Assembly: GCA_904387325.1 (NCBI GenBank)
Contig: CAJFLG010000007.1
Span: 4,069 to 68,068, forward strand
Origin: Candidatus Metalachnospira gallinarum
GTDB lineage: Bacteria; Bacillota; Clostridia; Lachnospirales; Anaerotignaceae
Length of the DNA stretch: 64,000 bases
Direction: 5' to 3'
The translations under genes and the position numbers were made by a program. Shown here piece after piece: positions 1-10,558 of this stretch. Under the pieces are notes generated by a model. That model worked only from the letters and a program-made list of their open reading frames with translations. It was not told the DNA's origin and did not search any database. Numbering within the stretch: the first letter of the stretch is position 1; every line of letters starts with the position of its first letter.

Positions 1-436
1 TCTCCTCAGCATATGAAACCTGGGGGATTCCAAGGTGCTCTGCTATCTGGGGACCAACCTGAGCTGTGTCTCCGTCGATAGCCTGACGGCCTGTGATGAT
101 AACATCAAAGTCCAGCTTCTTTAAAGCAGCGGCGATTGTTGAAGATGTAGCCCATGTGTCGGCTCCACCGAAGGCTCTGTCAGTTACAAGTATAGCGTCG
201 TCGCATCCCATAGCAAGCGCTTCTCTTAAAGCTGCGTCTGCCTGAGGAGGTCCCATAGAAATAACTGTAACAGTTCCGCCAACCTTCTCTTTTAACTGTA
301 AAGCGGCCTCAATACCTGCTTTATCGTCGGGATTTATAATACTGGGAACACCATCTCTGATAAGTGTATTTGTTTTAGGATCAAGCTTAACTTCTGTGGT
401 ATCAGGTACCTGTTTTGCACAAACAACTATTTTCAT
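1..436 (-). CDS. etfB: Electron transfer flavoprotein beta subunit, partial (N-terminal part; C-terminus lies outside the window)
   Basis: The reverse strand from the ATG at 434-436 translates to MKIVVCAKQVPDTTEVKLDPKTNTLIRDGVPSIINPDDKAG...ISMGPPQA. This is a typical EtfB N-terminus. The gene lies directly downstream of an acyl-CoA dehydrogenase, as in clostridial bcd-etfBA. Confidence 0.85.
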   Translation of the reverse strand, partial: MKIVVCAKQVPDTTEVKLDPKTNTLIRDGVPSIINPDDKAGIEAALQLKEKVGGTVTVISMGPPQADAALREALAMGCDDAILVTDRAFGGADTWATSSTIAAALKKLDFDVIITGRQAIDGDTAQVGPQIAEHLGIPQVSYAEE

Positions 437-493
437 TGTCTTACTCCTTCCGCATATTTATATTCAAACTTCATAAGAATTCATATCGCGAGA

Positions 494-1639
494 TTATTTA
501 CCAACCTTTAAGTGGCCTGCGATAACCATCTTCTGAATTTCGCTTGTGCCCTCATAGATCTCAACGATCTTGGCATCACGCATCATTCTTTCAACATGGT
601 ACTCTCTCATGTATCCGTATCCGCCGAAGAGCTGTACGCATCTTCTTGTTATATCGGATCCAACCGTAGCGCCGTAGTATTTACCCATACAAGCGTACAG
701 TCCGAAAGGAAGGCCGGCATCTTTTGTGCAGGCAGCTCTGTAGATAATGAGCTGAGCGGAGTCAACTCTTGTCTTCATATCAGCGATCTCAAACTGTGTA
801 TTCTGGAATGAGCCGATGGTCTTTCCAAACTGTTTTCTCTGGCTTACGTATTTAAGAGTCTCTTCAAGAGCGCCCTCTGCGATACCAAGTCCTACAGCGC
901 CTACACCGATACGTCCGATATCAAGAGTCTGCATGATCATCTTGAATCCGTCGCCCTCTTTACCGATAAGGTTTTCCTTGGGAACGATGCAGTTATCGAA
1001 GATAAGGTCAGCCGTAGCCGAAGCGCGGATACCCATTTTCTTCTCATGCTTACCAATTGTGAATCCGGGAGCGTCAGCGGGGATAACGAGGATTGACATA
1101 CCCTTGTTGCCCTTTGACTTATCCGTCATAACAACCGTTGTGTAGTATTTAGCTTCGCCGGCGTTTGTGATGAAGCATTTTCTTCCGTTTACTACATAGT
1201 GGTCTCCGTCAAGGTATGCTTTTGTCTGCTGTGCAGCTGAGTCGGAACCTGCGCCGGGCTCTGTAAGTCCCATAGCTCCAATAGCTTTACCGGAAAGCAG
1301 CTCAGGAAGGAATCTCATCTTCTGCTCTTCAGTACCAAACTGGTAAATAGGCCAGCAGCAAAGAGAAGAATGAGCGGCTATACCTGATGTTACGGACGCG
1401 CAGTATTTGGAGATCTCTTCTATAGCCATAACATATGCGAGATAGTCTCCGCCCTGTCCGCCGTATTTTTTAGGGTACTGGATTCCAAGAAGTCCTGTGG
1501 GGCCAAGTTTTTCCCATACTTCCTTGGGGAATCTCTCTTCTTCATCGATGTCCTGCATTATGGGTTTGATCTCGTTCTCTACGAACTCTCTTACCATTTG
1601 TCTGAATAACAGGTGTTCTTTTGATAACGTAAAATCCAT
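494..1639 (-). CDS. bcd: Acyl-CoA (butyryl-CoA type) dehydrogenase
   Basis: The ORF is 494-1750. The ACAD family sequence begins at MDFTLSKEHLLFRQMVREFVENE (Met38). AGGAGGAAG lies 8 nt upstream of the ATG at 1637-1639, so the N-terminal 37 aa of the track ORF were treated as an over-extension. EtfB follows. Confidence 0.9.
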   Translation of the reverse strand: MDFTLSKEHLLFRQMVREFVENEIKPIMQDIDEEERFPKEVWEKLGPTGLLGIQYPKKYGGQGGDYLAYVMAIEEISKYCASVTSGIAAHSSLCCWPIYQFGTEEQKMRFLPELLSGKAIGAMGLTEPGAGSDSAAQQTKAYLDGDHYVVNGRKCFITNAGEAKYYTTVVMTDKSKGNKGMSILVIPADAPGFTIGKHEKKMGIRASATADLIFDNCIVPKENLIGKEGDGFKMIMQTLDIGRIGVGAVGLGIAEGALEETLKYVSQRKQFGKTIGSFQNTQFEIADMKTRVDSAQLIIYRAACTKDAGLPFGLYACMGKYYGATVGSDITRRCVQLFGGYGYMREYHVERMMRDAKIVEIYEGTSEIQKMVIAGHLKVGK

Positions 1640-1995
1640 TAATACTTCCTCCTTTATTTGTAAAAAAGTAATATCACCAAACAGAGTTGATGTTATAAAA
1701 CCAGCAGAACAAAATTTCCCCGACTGCGACATTGTCCTGCCTGCTTTCATCTGAGAAAATTTTAAAAATGCGCATAGAAATACATTATTAATAATCCTCT
1801 TTATATCATATATTATACTATTGTTAATTCTCTGTCAATGTTTAAGTTATACAAATTTCTGTTTTTTATAAGATACTCTTATAAAATCGAACCGTGATTT
1901 TTTATGCAATAATTACATTTATCGTCAAGAATTATATTGATCTATCATCTAATATGTCATCAAATTTAAAGTTCAAATGGTTTTGCTCCAAATCC

Positions 1996-2538
1996 TTATA
2001 TGAGTTTTGCTCCGTACAGTTTTTTATAGACGAGCTTGCCGTTTATTCTTTTGCTCTCCATTAAACTTATTTCTTTAACAATCATTCCATTTATTTCCGG
2101 TTTAAACTTTTCTATAAGCAGTTTTTTGCTGTAAAAAAGCGCGGTTTCCCTCGAAATCGTTATATGAGGCGAAAAATTTGCCCTGTCTCGCTTAAATCCC
2201 TGTTTCCCGAGATTTTTTTCAAGCGTTTCATAAAGTCTGACAAGAGGCTTGCTCCTGTCCACTCCTACCCATATAATGCACCTTTCCCCCCTGTCAAAAT
2301 AACCAATACGGTCAAACGTCAGCTCAAAGGGGTGATTTGTTCCAGCGGTTTCTTCCATTGCTTCCTGTACTCCCTCAATGTCAGCGGGGTCAATTTCTCC
2401 AAGAAATTTCAGCGTAAGGTGCAGATTGTCCTTATATGTGAAATTTCCTTTTTTACAGTCTTCCTTTATCCTGTTTTGAAGATCATAAATGCTTTCCTTC
2501 GTCTCGTTATCAAACTCGACGGCTATAAATATTCTCAT
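1996..2538 (-). CDS. thpR: RNA 2',3'-cyclic phosphodiesterase (2H phosphoesterase, LigT/ThpR family)
   Basis: 180 aa with the two H-x-T/S-x motifs (HLTLKFLG and HITISR) characteristic of the 2H superfamily. Confidence 0.8.
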   Translation of the reverse strand: MRIFIAVEFDNETKESIYDLQNRIKEDCKKGNFTYKDNLHLTLKFLGEIDPADIEGVQEAMEETAGTNHPFELTFDRIGYFDRGERCIIWVGVDRSKPLVRLYETLEKNLGKQGFKRDRANFSPHITISRETALFYSKKLLIEKFKPEINGMIVKEISLMESKRINGKLVYKKLYGAKLI

Positions 2539-2556
2539 AAACGCTCTCCCTTTTAC

Positions 2557-2591
2557 TTAAAAAGACTGTACCCGCTGGAGGCACAGTCTTT
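2557..2591 (-). terminator. Rho-independent terminator downstream of tkt
   Basis: Minus-strand stem AAAGACTGT / ACAGTCTTT followed by TTTTTAAG. It sits about 14 nt after the tkt stop and about 20 nt before the thpR RBS. Confidence 0.5.
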
Positions 2592-2604
2592 AATTTTATT
2601 TCGT

Positions 2605-4587
2605 TTATTTCATTAATTCCATTACCGTATTTACTACATTGTCAACGGTAAATCCGAATTTCTCAAAAAGCTGTCCTGCGGGAGCCGACGCTCCGTATCC
2701 ATCCATGGCGATGACCTTTCCGTCAAGTCCGACATATTTATGCCAGCCGTATTCGCAGGCCGCCTCTACCGCTACCCTCTTTCTTACGTCCGAAGGCATT
2801 ACGCTTTCCTTATACCTATCTGACTGCTCATCAAACACTTCCCATGAAGGCATGCTTATTACTCTTGCGTCCACGCCCTTCTCCTGAAGAACATCCCACG
2901 CCTTATAAATAAGCTCTACCTCCGAGCCTGTTGCCATAAGAAGCACGTCAGGCTTTTTCTTTTTGCTGTCTCTGAGTATATACGCTCCCTTAAGCGCGTT
3001 TTTGCCCGTGCCGTCAAGAAGCGGCAGATTCTGCCTTGAAAGAACTATTCCCGTAGGACCTCCGGTCCTCGTAAGTCCGAGATACCACGCCGCGGCCGTT
3101 TCCCTTGAGTCGCAGGGGCGGATAACCGTATAGTTGGGCATGCTCCTGAGCGCTGCAAGCTGCTCTATTGGCTGATGCGTAGGGCCGTCCTCGCCTACGC
3201 CGATGCTGTCATGGGTAAATACGCTTATAATAGGAAGTCCCATAAGAGCCGACATTCTCAGTCCGGCTTTCATATAATCACTGAACACAAAGAATCCTGC
3301 TATATAAGGGCGAAGTCCTCCGTGGAGATACATTCCGTTGGCGATTACCGTCATCGCAAATTCCCTAATTCCAAAGTGCATATTGGAGCCGCTCCTGTTT
3401 TCAGGCGAATAATACTCCCTGTCCTTCATAACGCTCTTGTTTGAGGGAGCAAGGTCAGCGGAGCCACCGATAAGATTGGGGATGAGCTTCGAGAGCTTAT
3501 TGAGCACCTTCTCCGACGAAGCCCTTGTGGCTATATCGCCCTCGTATGTCCAATAATCCTCATCCTTGAGAAGGTCAACGGGAAGTTTTTTATTGTGCCA
3601 TACCTTCCACTGAGCCGCGTCCTCGGGATATTCCTTGCCATAAGCCGTAAAGAGTTTTTTCCATTCTTTTTCGGCCTTAGCGCCTTCCTTAGTTATCTGC
3701 TCGATATGTTCCTTTACCTGTTTGGGAACATAAAATTCCTTTTTATATTTCCAGCCGAGGTTTTCCTTTGCAAGCGCTATCTCCTCAACGCCGAGAGGTT
3801 CTCCATGGGCTGACGCCTTGCCCTGCTTGTTGGGCGCGCCGTAGCCTATCTGCGTTATCACCTTTATGATCGAAGGTCTTTCCGTATCGGCCTTAGCCTC
3901 TTTTATGGCGGCGTCGATAGCGTCGACATCGTTTCCGTCCTCAACGGTAAGCGTCTGCCAGCCATAGGCCTCAAAACGCTTGAGCACATCCTCGTCAAAG
4001 GACGTCTTTGTGTCTCCCTCGATAGTGATATGGTTGCAGTCGTATAAAAGAACGAGCTTGCCGAGCTTGAGCGTTCCCGCCAGAGAAGCGGCCTCGGAAG
4101 CCACACCCTCCATAAGGCATCCATCTCCGCAAAGCGCGTAAGTATAATGGTCAACGATGTCATATCCGGGCTTGTTGAACCTTGCCGCGAGCACTGTCTC
4201 GGCAATGGCCATTCCTACTGCGGCGGCTATTCCCTGTCCGAGGGGGCCTGAACTGATCTCTACTCCATCGGTAAGCTCATACTCCGGGTGTCCGGGCGTA
4301 ACGCTTCCGAGCTGACGGAAATTTTTAAGGTCGTCCAAAGTAACCTTAAATCCGAACAGATGAAGCAGTGAATATAACAGCGCCGAACCGTGGCCAGCTG
4401 AAAGTATGAATCTGTCCCTGTCAGCCCAGTTTGAATCTGCGGGATTTATCTTTAAGTTTCTTGCCCAAAGAGCGTATGCCGCGGGAGCCGCTCCCATAGG
4501 AAGTCCGGGATGTCCGCTTTTTGCCTTCTGTATGGCCTCCACGGACAAAAATCTTAATGTATTTACGCTTAACTGGTCAATATTCAT
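2605..4587 (-). CDS. tkt: Transketolase
   Basis: 660 aa. N-terminus [28 protein letters not shown], plus a TPP-binding GDGCLMEG motif. GGGAGG lies 7 nt upstream of the ATG at 4585-4587. The TTG at 4602 lies inside the RBS. Confidence 0.95.
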   Translation of the reverse strand: MNIDQLSVNTLRFLSVEAIQKAKSGHPGLPMGAAPAAYALWARNLKINPADSNWADRDRFILSAGHGSALLYSLLHLFGFKVTLDDLKNFRQLGSVTPGHPEYELTDGVEISSGPLGQGIAAAVGMAIAETVLAARFNKPGYDIVDHYTYALCGDGCLMEGVASEAASLAGTLKLGKLVLLYDCNHITIEGDTKTSFDEDVLKRFEAYGWQTLTVEDGNDVDAIDAAIKEAKADTERPSIIKVITQIGYGAPNKQGKASAHGEPLGVEEIALAKENLGWKYKKEFYVPKQVKEHIEQITKEGAKAEKEWKKLFTAYGKEYPEDAAQWKVWHNKKLPVDLLKDEDYWTYEGDIATRASSEKVLNKLSKLIPNLIGGSADLAPSNKSVMKDREYYSPENRSGSNMHFGIREFAMTVIANGMYLHGGLRPYIAGFFVFSDYMKAGLRMSALMGLPIISVFTHDSIGVGEDGPTHQPIEQLAALRSMPNYTVIRPCDSRETAAAWYLGLTRTGGPTGIVLSRQNLPLLDGTGKNALKGAYILRDSKKKKPDVLLMATGSEVELIYKAWDVLQEKGVDARVISMPSWEVFDEQSDRYKESVMPSDVRKRVAVEAACEYGWHKYVGLDGKVIAMDGYGASAPAGQLFEKFGFTVDNVVNTVMELMK

Positions 4588-4602
4588 AAAAAAACCTCCC
4601 AA

Positions 4603-5250
4603 TTATTTCTTAGGTACGCCTTCCCAGTCCTTAAGAAATCTTTCTATACCGATATCCGTAAGCGGATGCTTTGTCATCTGAACGATAACATTGTAAGGAA
4701 CCGTGGCGATGTCACAGCCAAGACGCGCTGCGTGCGTAACATGAAGAGGGTTTCTGATACTTGCGGCGATTATCTCCGTCTCAATACCCTGAACATTGAA
4801 AATGTCAACGATCTCCTCGATAAGTGCCATTCCGTCGTTTCCTACGTCGTCAACTCTTCCGATGAAGGGGCTTACATAGGTAGCTCCGGCTCTTGCCGCA
4901 AGAAGCGCCTGGGCGGCGGAGAAGATAAGAGTTACATTTGTTTTTACTCCTTCGGCGCTGAGTATTTTAACGGCCTTGAGTCCCTCAAGTGTCATTGGTA
5001 TTTTAATTACGATATTTTCATGGATTTTAACGAGCTCCCTTGCCTCTTTAACCATACCTTCGTGGTCAAGGCTTATAACCTCAGCGCTGATAGGTCCATC
5101 GACAATAGTCGTTATTTCCTTTACAACCTCAACAAAGTCTCTGCCTTCTTTGGCAATAAGAGAGGGATTTGTCGTAACTCCGCATATAACTCCAAGTTCG
5201 TTCGCCTCTCTGATCTGATCCACATTGGCAGTGTCGATAAATAATTTCAT
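4603..5250 (-). CDS. tal: Transaldolase, short fructose-6-phosphate aldolase/TalC-type
   Basis: 215 aa. [16 protein letters not shown]...VTTNPSL...IKIP is typical of the short transaldolase family. Adjacent to tkt. Confidence 0.9.
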   Translation of the reverse strand: MKLFIDTANVDQIREANELGVICGVTTNPSLIAKEGRDFVEVVKEITTIVDGPISAEVISLDHEGMVKEARELVKIHENIVIKIPMTLEGLKAVKILSAEGVKTNVTLIFSAAQALLAARAGATYVSPFIGRVDDVGNDGMALIEEIVDIFNVQGIETEIIAASIRNPLHVTHAARLGCDIATVPYNVIVQMTKHPLTDIGIERFLKDWEGVPKK

Positions 5251-5451
5251 GTTATGTCCTCCTGTAAATTTAACTTATTAAGGTTATCGTATCTGTATAC
5301 AATAATATTTTAAAACACAGTAAGACATAAATCAAGAACAGTTAATAAAAAAGCGTGAATATTTGTCCGAAGAAGGCTTGCGTTCCGCGGTCGTGAGCTC
5401 CAATATTACGGCAATTTGTATTTTTATGTTGTATTAAATACCATATAATAC

Positions 5452-5495
5452 TTAGTGTGTCAAAAAGCTCAAAGCTGACTTTTTCGACACACTAA
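5452..5495. repeat. Long imperfect palindrome (16 bp arms) containing GTGTCGAAAAAGTC
   Basis: TTAGTGTGTCAAAAAG ... CTTTTTCGACACACTAA. The 14-nt core recurs at 20049-20062, again next to a terminator hairpin. Confidence 0.6.
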
Positions 5496-5496
5496 A

Positions 5497-5519
5497 GGCA
5501 CATCAGTCTGGATGTGCCT
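5497..5519 (-). terminator. Terminator-like hairpin downstream of the Mo cluster
   Basis: AGGCACATC-N5-GATGTGCCT, 24 nt after the stop at 5543. The T-tail is weak. Confidence 0.4.
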
Positions 5520-5542
5520 CATTATTTTGTATTTGATTTATG

Positions 5543-6031
5543 TTATTCTTTAGCGCAGTCCGTCTGTCCGCCTCTAAGCATCTTAAGCCCGTGTTCTATC
5601 GGTCCGCTTACTGTCTCAAAATTTTCAACAGCTCCTTTTGGGCTTCCCGGAAGATTTATTATAAGCGACCGTTTCCGGATGCCGGCCGCGGCTCTTGAAA
5701 GTATGGAACGGTCGGTATACTTCATAGACAGCATCCTCATAGCCTCGGGTATTCCCGGCACTATCCTCTCGCAGACCGCCAGCGTTGCCTCGGGAGTTAC
5801 GTCCCTCGGGGCAAATCCCGTTCCTCCAGTCGTAACTATGAGCGCTATATCCTTTGAGGCCGCTTTTATGATAGCCTCTGATATTTTCTCCTTCTCATCC
5901 GGAACAGTCTCCATGTGTACGACCTCATACCCAAGTTTCTCCAGCATCTCTTTAACGGCGGGACCGCCTTTGTCTTCCCGCTCTCCGCTGTAGCTTCTGT
6001 CGCTCACCGTTATTACAGCAGCTGTATACAT
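5543..6031 (-). CDS. MogA/MoaB-family molybdenum cofactor biosynthesis protein
   Basis: 162 aa. AAVITVSDRSYSGEREDKGGP...TTGGTGFAPRD is the MoCF_biosynth (MogA/MoaB) signature. AGGAGG RBS present. Confidence 0.85.
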   Translation of the reverse strand: MYTAAVITVSDRSYSGEREDKGGPAVKEMLEKLGYEVVHMETVPDEKEKISEAIIKAASKDIALIVTTGGTGFAPRDVTPEATLAVCERIVPGIPEAMRMLSMKYTDRSILSRAAAGIRKRSLIINLPGSPKGAVENFETVSGPIEHGLKMLRGGQTDCAKE

Positions 6032-6043
6032 CTGTCATTCCTC

Positions 6044-7066
6044 CTATTCAAGCGGCATTATGTCCTCCGCCCTCACGCCCACTGTCACTTTCTCGCCCGC
6101 GCAAAAGCATGCCGCCCTGTCCTTTTTTATTTCCGCCCTCAAAAGCGCGTCTTTTCCGTTAAGGGGTCTTAGCATTATTATAGTCGAAAACGCGTCGTCT
6201 ATGACTCTTTCTATCATACATTCCATTTTATTTTCACGGCAGTCAAAATCAACGGCGCTGTCCCTGAACGCTATATGGCTCCGTCCGTCCAAGTTCCCTG
6301 AGATACTTAAATTTATATTCAGTTCCGGTACGAATATCTCTCCGTCGTTTTCCGTTCTCTCAAAGGCGAAAATATTTTTGCATCCCGAAATCCTTGCCGC
6401 GCCCACGCTTGACGGAGAATTTATAAAGTCCTCCCTTTCGCTCGTCCCTTGAGTCTTTCCGTTGTCTATCGTGCATATCCTGCCGCAGTTCCTATAGGCT
6501 TCTCCCATATCGTGGGTGACCATCAGATACATACCGCCGAAATTCCTTATAATATCCGAAAGCGTCAGCTCAAGCTGCCATCTCATATATCCGTCTATGG
6601 CCGAAAGCGGCTCGTCAAGCAGAAGTATTTCCGGCTCGGAGGCTATTATTCTGGCGAGGGCGGTTCTCTGCTGCTGTCCTCCGGATATTTCCCAAGGGTA
6701 TTTGTCCTTTACGTCCTCAAGATAAAAGTCCTTTATAAGGCTGTCTGCCTTTTTTCTTTGTCTTCCCGCTCCGGCCTCGATATTTTTTCTCACGGTCATA
6801 TTGGGGAAGAGAGCGTAGTTTTGAAAAAGATATCCGACATTTCTCTTTTGCGGCGAAAGATCGATCTTTTTCTCCGAGTCAAAAAGCGTATGTCCGTTTA
6901 ATATTATATATCCTTCGTCCGGCTTTTCGATTCCCGCTATGCATTTCAGGGTCACGCTTTTACCGCTTCCCGACGCTCCAAGCAGTGCCAAAGGCCTGTC
7001 TGTCTCAAATTCGGCGTCAAGAAAAAAATTTCCCAGACGTTTTTTAATTTTTACTTTCAGCTCCAC
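6044..7066 (-). CDS. modC: Molybdate ABC transporter ATP-binding protein
   Basis: 340 aa. Walker A GASGSGKS, signature SGGQQQR, Walker B LLLDEP, and a C-terminal TOBE-like extension. Overlaps modB by 10 nt. Confidence 0.8.
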   Translation of the reverse strand: MELKVKIKKRLGNFFLDAEFETDRPLALLGASGSGKSVTLKCIAGIEKPDEGYIILNGHTLFDSEKKIDLSPQKRNVGYLFQNYALFPNMTVRKNIEAGAGRQRKKADSLIKDFYLEDVKDKYPWEISGGQQQRTALARIIASEPEILLLDEPLSAIDGYMRWQLELTLSDIIRNFGGMYLMVTHDMGEAYRNCGRICTIDNGKTQGTSEREDFINSPSSVGAARISGCKNIFAFERTENDGEIFVPELNINLSISGNLDGRSHIAFRDSAVDFDCRENKMECMIERVIDDAFSTIIMLRPLNGKDALLRAEIKKDRAACFCAGEKVTVGVRAEDIMPLE

Positions 7067-7737
7067 CTTTCAGCCCTCCTTTTTCCCGAGCGTTTTTCAA
7101 AAATGTTAAGCGCCATAAGCACGGCAAAGGATATGGCTATATTCACGAACACCCACTTATAGGCCAGAGCGTCGCTGCCCTCTCTCCAAAGCTGATAGAC
7201 GGTTGTCGATATGGTAGCCGTCCTTCCCGGAGTATATCCGCTGACCATGCTCGTGGCGCCGTATTCTCCCAGCCCTCTGGCGAAAGAAAGTATCGTTCCG
7301 GCAATGAGCCCTTCCTTGCAGCAGGGAAGCGTTATCCTGAAAAAAATATACCCGTTGGACAGTCCGAGTGTCCTTCCCGCATATATGATATTTTTGTCAA
7401 AGGCTTCAAAGGAGCTTCTGACCGTCCTGTACATCAGCGGAAACGTGACTATGACAACGGCAAATACCGAGGCGTACCATGTCATGGTCATCTTTTCTCC
7501 CCATATCGAATATACAAGTCTTCCCATTGGGCCGTATACGCCGATGAATTTAAGCAGAAAGAATCCTATGACAGTGGGAGGCAGCACCAGAGGCAGGGTA
7601 AAAAGGCAGTCCAGTATCCCCTTTGCCGCCCTCGGCAGTCCCGTCACCCACCAGGCGAGAAATATGCCCAGCACAAATGTTGCCGCCGCCGATATAAGCG
7701 CTATCCTTATGGAATTGTAAAGAGGAAACCAGTCCAT
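7057..7737 (-). CDS. modB: Molybdate ABC transporter permease
   Basis: 226 aa polytopic membrane protein with an EAA-type loop (ARGLGEYGAT). Flanked by modA and modC. Confidence 0.85.
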   Translation of the reverse strand: MDWFPLYNSIRIALISAAATFVLGIFLAWWVTGLPRAAKGILDCLFTLPLVLPPTVIGFFLLKFIGVYGPMGRLVYSIWGEKMTMTWYASVFAVVIVTFPLMYRTVRSSFEAFDKNIIYAGRTLGLSNGYIFFRITLPCCKEGLIAGTILSFARGLGEYGATSMVSGYTPGRTATISTTVYQLWREGSDALAYKWVFVNIAISFAVLMALNIFEKRSGKRRAERWS

Positions 7738-7748
7738 ATTTGCACCTC

Positions 7749-8582
7749 TTATGCCGGAATGACAAATCCGGCTTTTTCAAACACTTCCGTACATTCGTCG
7801 GTCTTAAGATAATCTATAAAAGCCTTTGCGGCTTCAGGATTTTTGCTCGTTTTAAGCACAGCCGCAGGATATGTTACGTCCTGATGGCTTCCCTCGGGAG
7901 CAGCGGCGGCTATTTCTAATTTATCCGTCGTAGCCGCGTCCGTGCTGTATACTACTCCGCAGTCAACGGCGCCTTCCTCTACCTGGGCAAGTACCTCTCT
8001 TACATTGGAACCAAATGTTATCTTGCCTTCTGAATTGAGCTGATCCCATATCCCCATATAATTGAATATTTCTTCAGAATACTGTCCCACGGGCACATCG
8101 GAGTTACCGAGGGCAATAAGGCTTACTTTATCCGAAGCGAGATCCTCAAAGCTCTCGACATCTGCCGGGTTGCCAACGGGCGTTATGAGCACGACGCTGT
8201 TGGACACAAGATTAAATCTTGTATCGGTATCGACAAAATCAAGACCTTCCGTATTTTCATCTCCTCCGTTTATATCAAGCTGGTTCATCTGCTTCTGAGC
8301 CGCGGAAATAAAAATATCGCAGTCAGCTCCCTCCTGTATCTGAGTTTTAAGCGTACCAGATGAATCAAAATTATATACTATATCCACATCTGGATTTATG
8401 GTTTTATACATTTCAGCTATCTCGTTCATAGTATCCGTCATTGACGCGGCCGCGAAAACGATAAGCTCTCCTCCACCTGTCTGCTCATCATCATCTGAAG
8501 CGGGCTCCGATGATGTTGACGAACATCCAGCCACTCCAAACGCTAAAACCGCAGCCGCGGCGATACAAATAAATTTTTTCAT
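7749..8582 (-). CDS. modA: Molybdate-binding lipoprotein (ABC substrate-binding protein)
   Basis: 277 aa. Signal peptide with lipobox FGVAGC, and ModA-like AAASM...FISA motifs. Confidence 0.85.
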   Translation of the reverse strand: MKKFICIAAAAVLAFGVAGCSSTSSEPASDDDEQTGGGELIVFAAASMTDTMNEIAEMYKTINPDVDIVYNFDSSGTLKTQIQEGADCDIFISAAQKQMNQLDINGGDENTEGLDFVDTDTRFNLVSNSVVLITPVGNPADVESFEDLASDKVSLIALGNSDVPVGQYSEEIFNYMGIWDQLNSEGKITFGSNVREVLAQVEEGAVDCGVVYSTDAATTDKLEIAAAAPEGSHQDVTYPAAVLKTSKNPEAAKAFIDYLKTDECTEVFEKAGFVIPA

Positions 8583-8610
8583 AATAATTTCTCCTCATCA
8601 GTTTTAATTA

Positions 8611-9633
8611 TTATTTTCCAAAGGGACAGACAGGATATCTGCACTCTTCACATCCAAGACAAAGCCCTCCGTTTCCCATTTTTACTATATCCCTTTTGCT
8701 TACTCTAATGCCTGCCGCAACCTTTGGAAGCACTATGTCAAACACCGTGGCTTTGGCGTACATAACGCATCCCGGAAGTCCCATGACCGGCGTTCCGTCG
8801 TCAAAATATCCAAGAAGGAACATCGCTCCCGGAAGCACCGGCGCTCCGTAGGTTATTATGCCGGCTCCGGCCGCCTTTATCGCTCCCGGCGTGTTGTCGT
8901 CCGGGTCAACGCTCATTCCGCCCGTGCAAAGTATGAGATCGGGCTTTTCCGCCCTTACTTCATCTATGGCTTTTTTTATATTTTCCGTTCCGTCATCGAC
9001 TACCTTATGCCATTTTGTCTCTATGCCGTAGGCTTTAAGTTTCTCGATTATGACCGGGGTAAATGTGTCCTTTATGAGCCCCTTATATACCTCGCTTCCC
9101 GTTGTAATCACGGCTGCGTTTTTAAGTTTATAGGGCGTCAGCTTCAATATGGGCTGTCCCGCGTATATTCTTTCCGCCTCTTTCAGCTTATCGTCCTTTA
9201 CGACAAGGGGTATGACCCTCATTCCGGCCAGCTTATCCCCGGCCTTGACTGCCGTTGAGCCGTGTCTTGTGGCTATCATTATCTCGTCGATGGAATTTAT
9301 TTCATCCAGCCTGTCCGCGTCAACCTCAAAATATCCGTCACATTCGGCGAAGGCCTCTATTTTTCCTTCTTTAATGGTCTGAGACGGCCTTATGTTATCG
9401 TTGGCGCAAATATCATAAAGTCTTTTAGCCGCCTCGTTCTCATGGAGCATGCCCTCCTCCATTTCCCATACATAAAGATGTTCCTTTCCCATGGAAAGCA
9501 GCATTGGTATGTCCTCCTCGGTGACTACATGTCCCTTGGTGAACTGTGCTCCTTTGAATTCGTCCTTTACTATCCTTGTCAGGTCGTGGCACAAAACGTG
9601 TCCGACCGCTTTTCTCGTTTCAATAAGTTTCAT
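8611..9633 (-). CDS. Molybdopterin-binding (MoCF_biosynth/MoeA-like) domain protein with a C-terminal Cys cluster
   Basis: 340 aa. LILCTGGMSVDPDDNTP is a MoCF_biosynth-type motif. C-terminus is GGLCLGCEECRYPVCPFGK. Lies within the Mo cluster. Confidence 0.65.
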   Translation of the reverse strand: MKLIETRKAVGHVLCHDLTRIVKDEFKGAQFTKGHVVTEEDIPMLLSMGKEHLYVWEMEEGMLHENEAAKRLYDICANDNIRPSQTIKEGKIEAFAECDGYFEVDADRLDEINSIDEIMIATRHGSTAVKAGDKLAGMRVIPLVVKDDKLKEAERIYAGQPILKLTPYKLKNAAVITTGSEVYKGLIKDTFTPVIIEKLKAYGIETKWHKVVDDGTENIKKAIDEVRAEKPDLILCTGGMSVDPDDNTPGAIKAAGAGIITYGAPVLPGAMFLLGYFDDGTPVMGLPGCVMYAKATVFDIVLPKVAAGIRVSKRDIVKMGNGGLCLGCEECRYPVCPFGK

Positions 9634-10070
9634 TTTTCAGCCTCCACTATGGAGATCAAGTCTCCCTTTCTGACCGTTCCGCCCTTTTTGACTACGGCGA
9701 ATATTCCTTCCGTAGGCATTACGCATTTTCCGGTTATCCTCTTGACCTCGCAGTCGTTATGACATTCCTTGCCTATTTGCGTTACCGTCAGCACGGCCTC
9801 CCCAACCGATATATCCGTTCCTATGGGCAGGCTTTTCAGGTCTATTCCGACTGTATTTATATTTTCGGCAAAAGCTCCGTTTTCAAACTCCACGCCCATT
9901 CCTCGCATTTTATCTATGCTCTCCTCCGCAAGGAGACTCACCTGCCTGTGCCAGTTTCCGGCGTGGGCGTCGCTGACTATGCCGTGTCCAACCTTAAGCA
10001 CTATACTGTCCGCCTCGTGCTTTACTGTTCCTCTTTTTTCGCTTATGTTTACGGAAACTACTTCCGCCAT
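9630..10070 (-). CDS. MOSC domain-containing protein
   Basis: 146 aa. [13 protein letters not shown]...RQVSLLA resembles small MOSC-domain proteins. ATGA overlap with the downstream gene. Confidence 0.7.
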   Translation of the reverse strand: MAEVVSVNISEKRGTVKHEADSIVLKVGHGIVSDAHAGNWHRQVSLLAEESIDKMRGMGVEFENGAFAENINTVGIDLKSLPIGTDISVGEAVLTVTQIGKECHNDCEVKRITGKCVMPTEGIFAVVKKGGTVRKGDLISIVEAEK

Positions 10071-10531
10071 TTATAATCACCGCTCTTTCCGCCGCTTTTC
10101 TCCAGCAGCTTTATATCTCCTATAACCATGTCCTTCTGCACGGCTTTACACATATCGTATATCGTCAGCGCCGCGGCAGACACCGCCGTCAGCGCTTCCA
10201 TCTCCACTCCTGTCTCGCCCTTGCATTTTACCCTTGAATATATTTCTACGCTGTCCTTATTGACCGTGAAATTTATGTCTATTCCGGACGTCATAACAGG
10301 GTGGCACATGGGTATGATCTCCGACGTGCGTTTCGCCGCCATTATCCCTCCTACCTGAGCCACGGAAAGCACGTCTCCCTTTTTTATGCCTCCGCTTTTT
10401 ATCAGCTCCACGGTTTCCTCCGACATATATATGATCCCGCAGGCCACGGCCTCCCGGAGGGTAACGTCCTTTTCTGAAACGTCAACCATTCTGGCTCTTC
10501 CCTGCTCGTTTATATGGGTAAAGTCATCCAT
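10058..10531 (-). CDS. moaC: Cyclic pyranopterin monophosphate synthase
   Basis: [17 protein letters not shown]...PMCHP...VEMEALTA are MoaC signatures. GGAGGTG lies 6 nt before the ATG at 10529-10531. The GTG at 10546 lies inside the RBS. Confidence 0.9.
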   Translation of the reverse strand: MDDFTHINEQGRARMVDVSEKDVTLREAVACGIIYMSEETVELIKSGGIKKGDVLSVAQVGGIMAAKRTSEIIPMCHPVMTSGIDINFTVNKDSVEIYSRVKCKGETGVEMEALTAVSAAALTIYDMCKAVQKDMVIGDIKLLEKSGGKSGDYKWRK

Positions 10532-10558
10532 ATCCGCCACCTCCACTGCGTTTTAAAT

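Noticed and set aside
1640-1750. N-terminal extensions of many track ORFs: bcd, tkt, moaC, pyrC, hisS, acpS, fabZ, the lipoproteins, the PAS regulator and others.
   Set aside because: In each case a downstream ATG has a Shine-Dalgarno sequence at 5-9 nt and coincides with the start of the conserved family sequence. The longer start either lies inside the RBS or overlaps the upstream gene.
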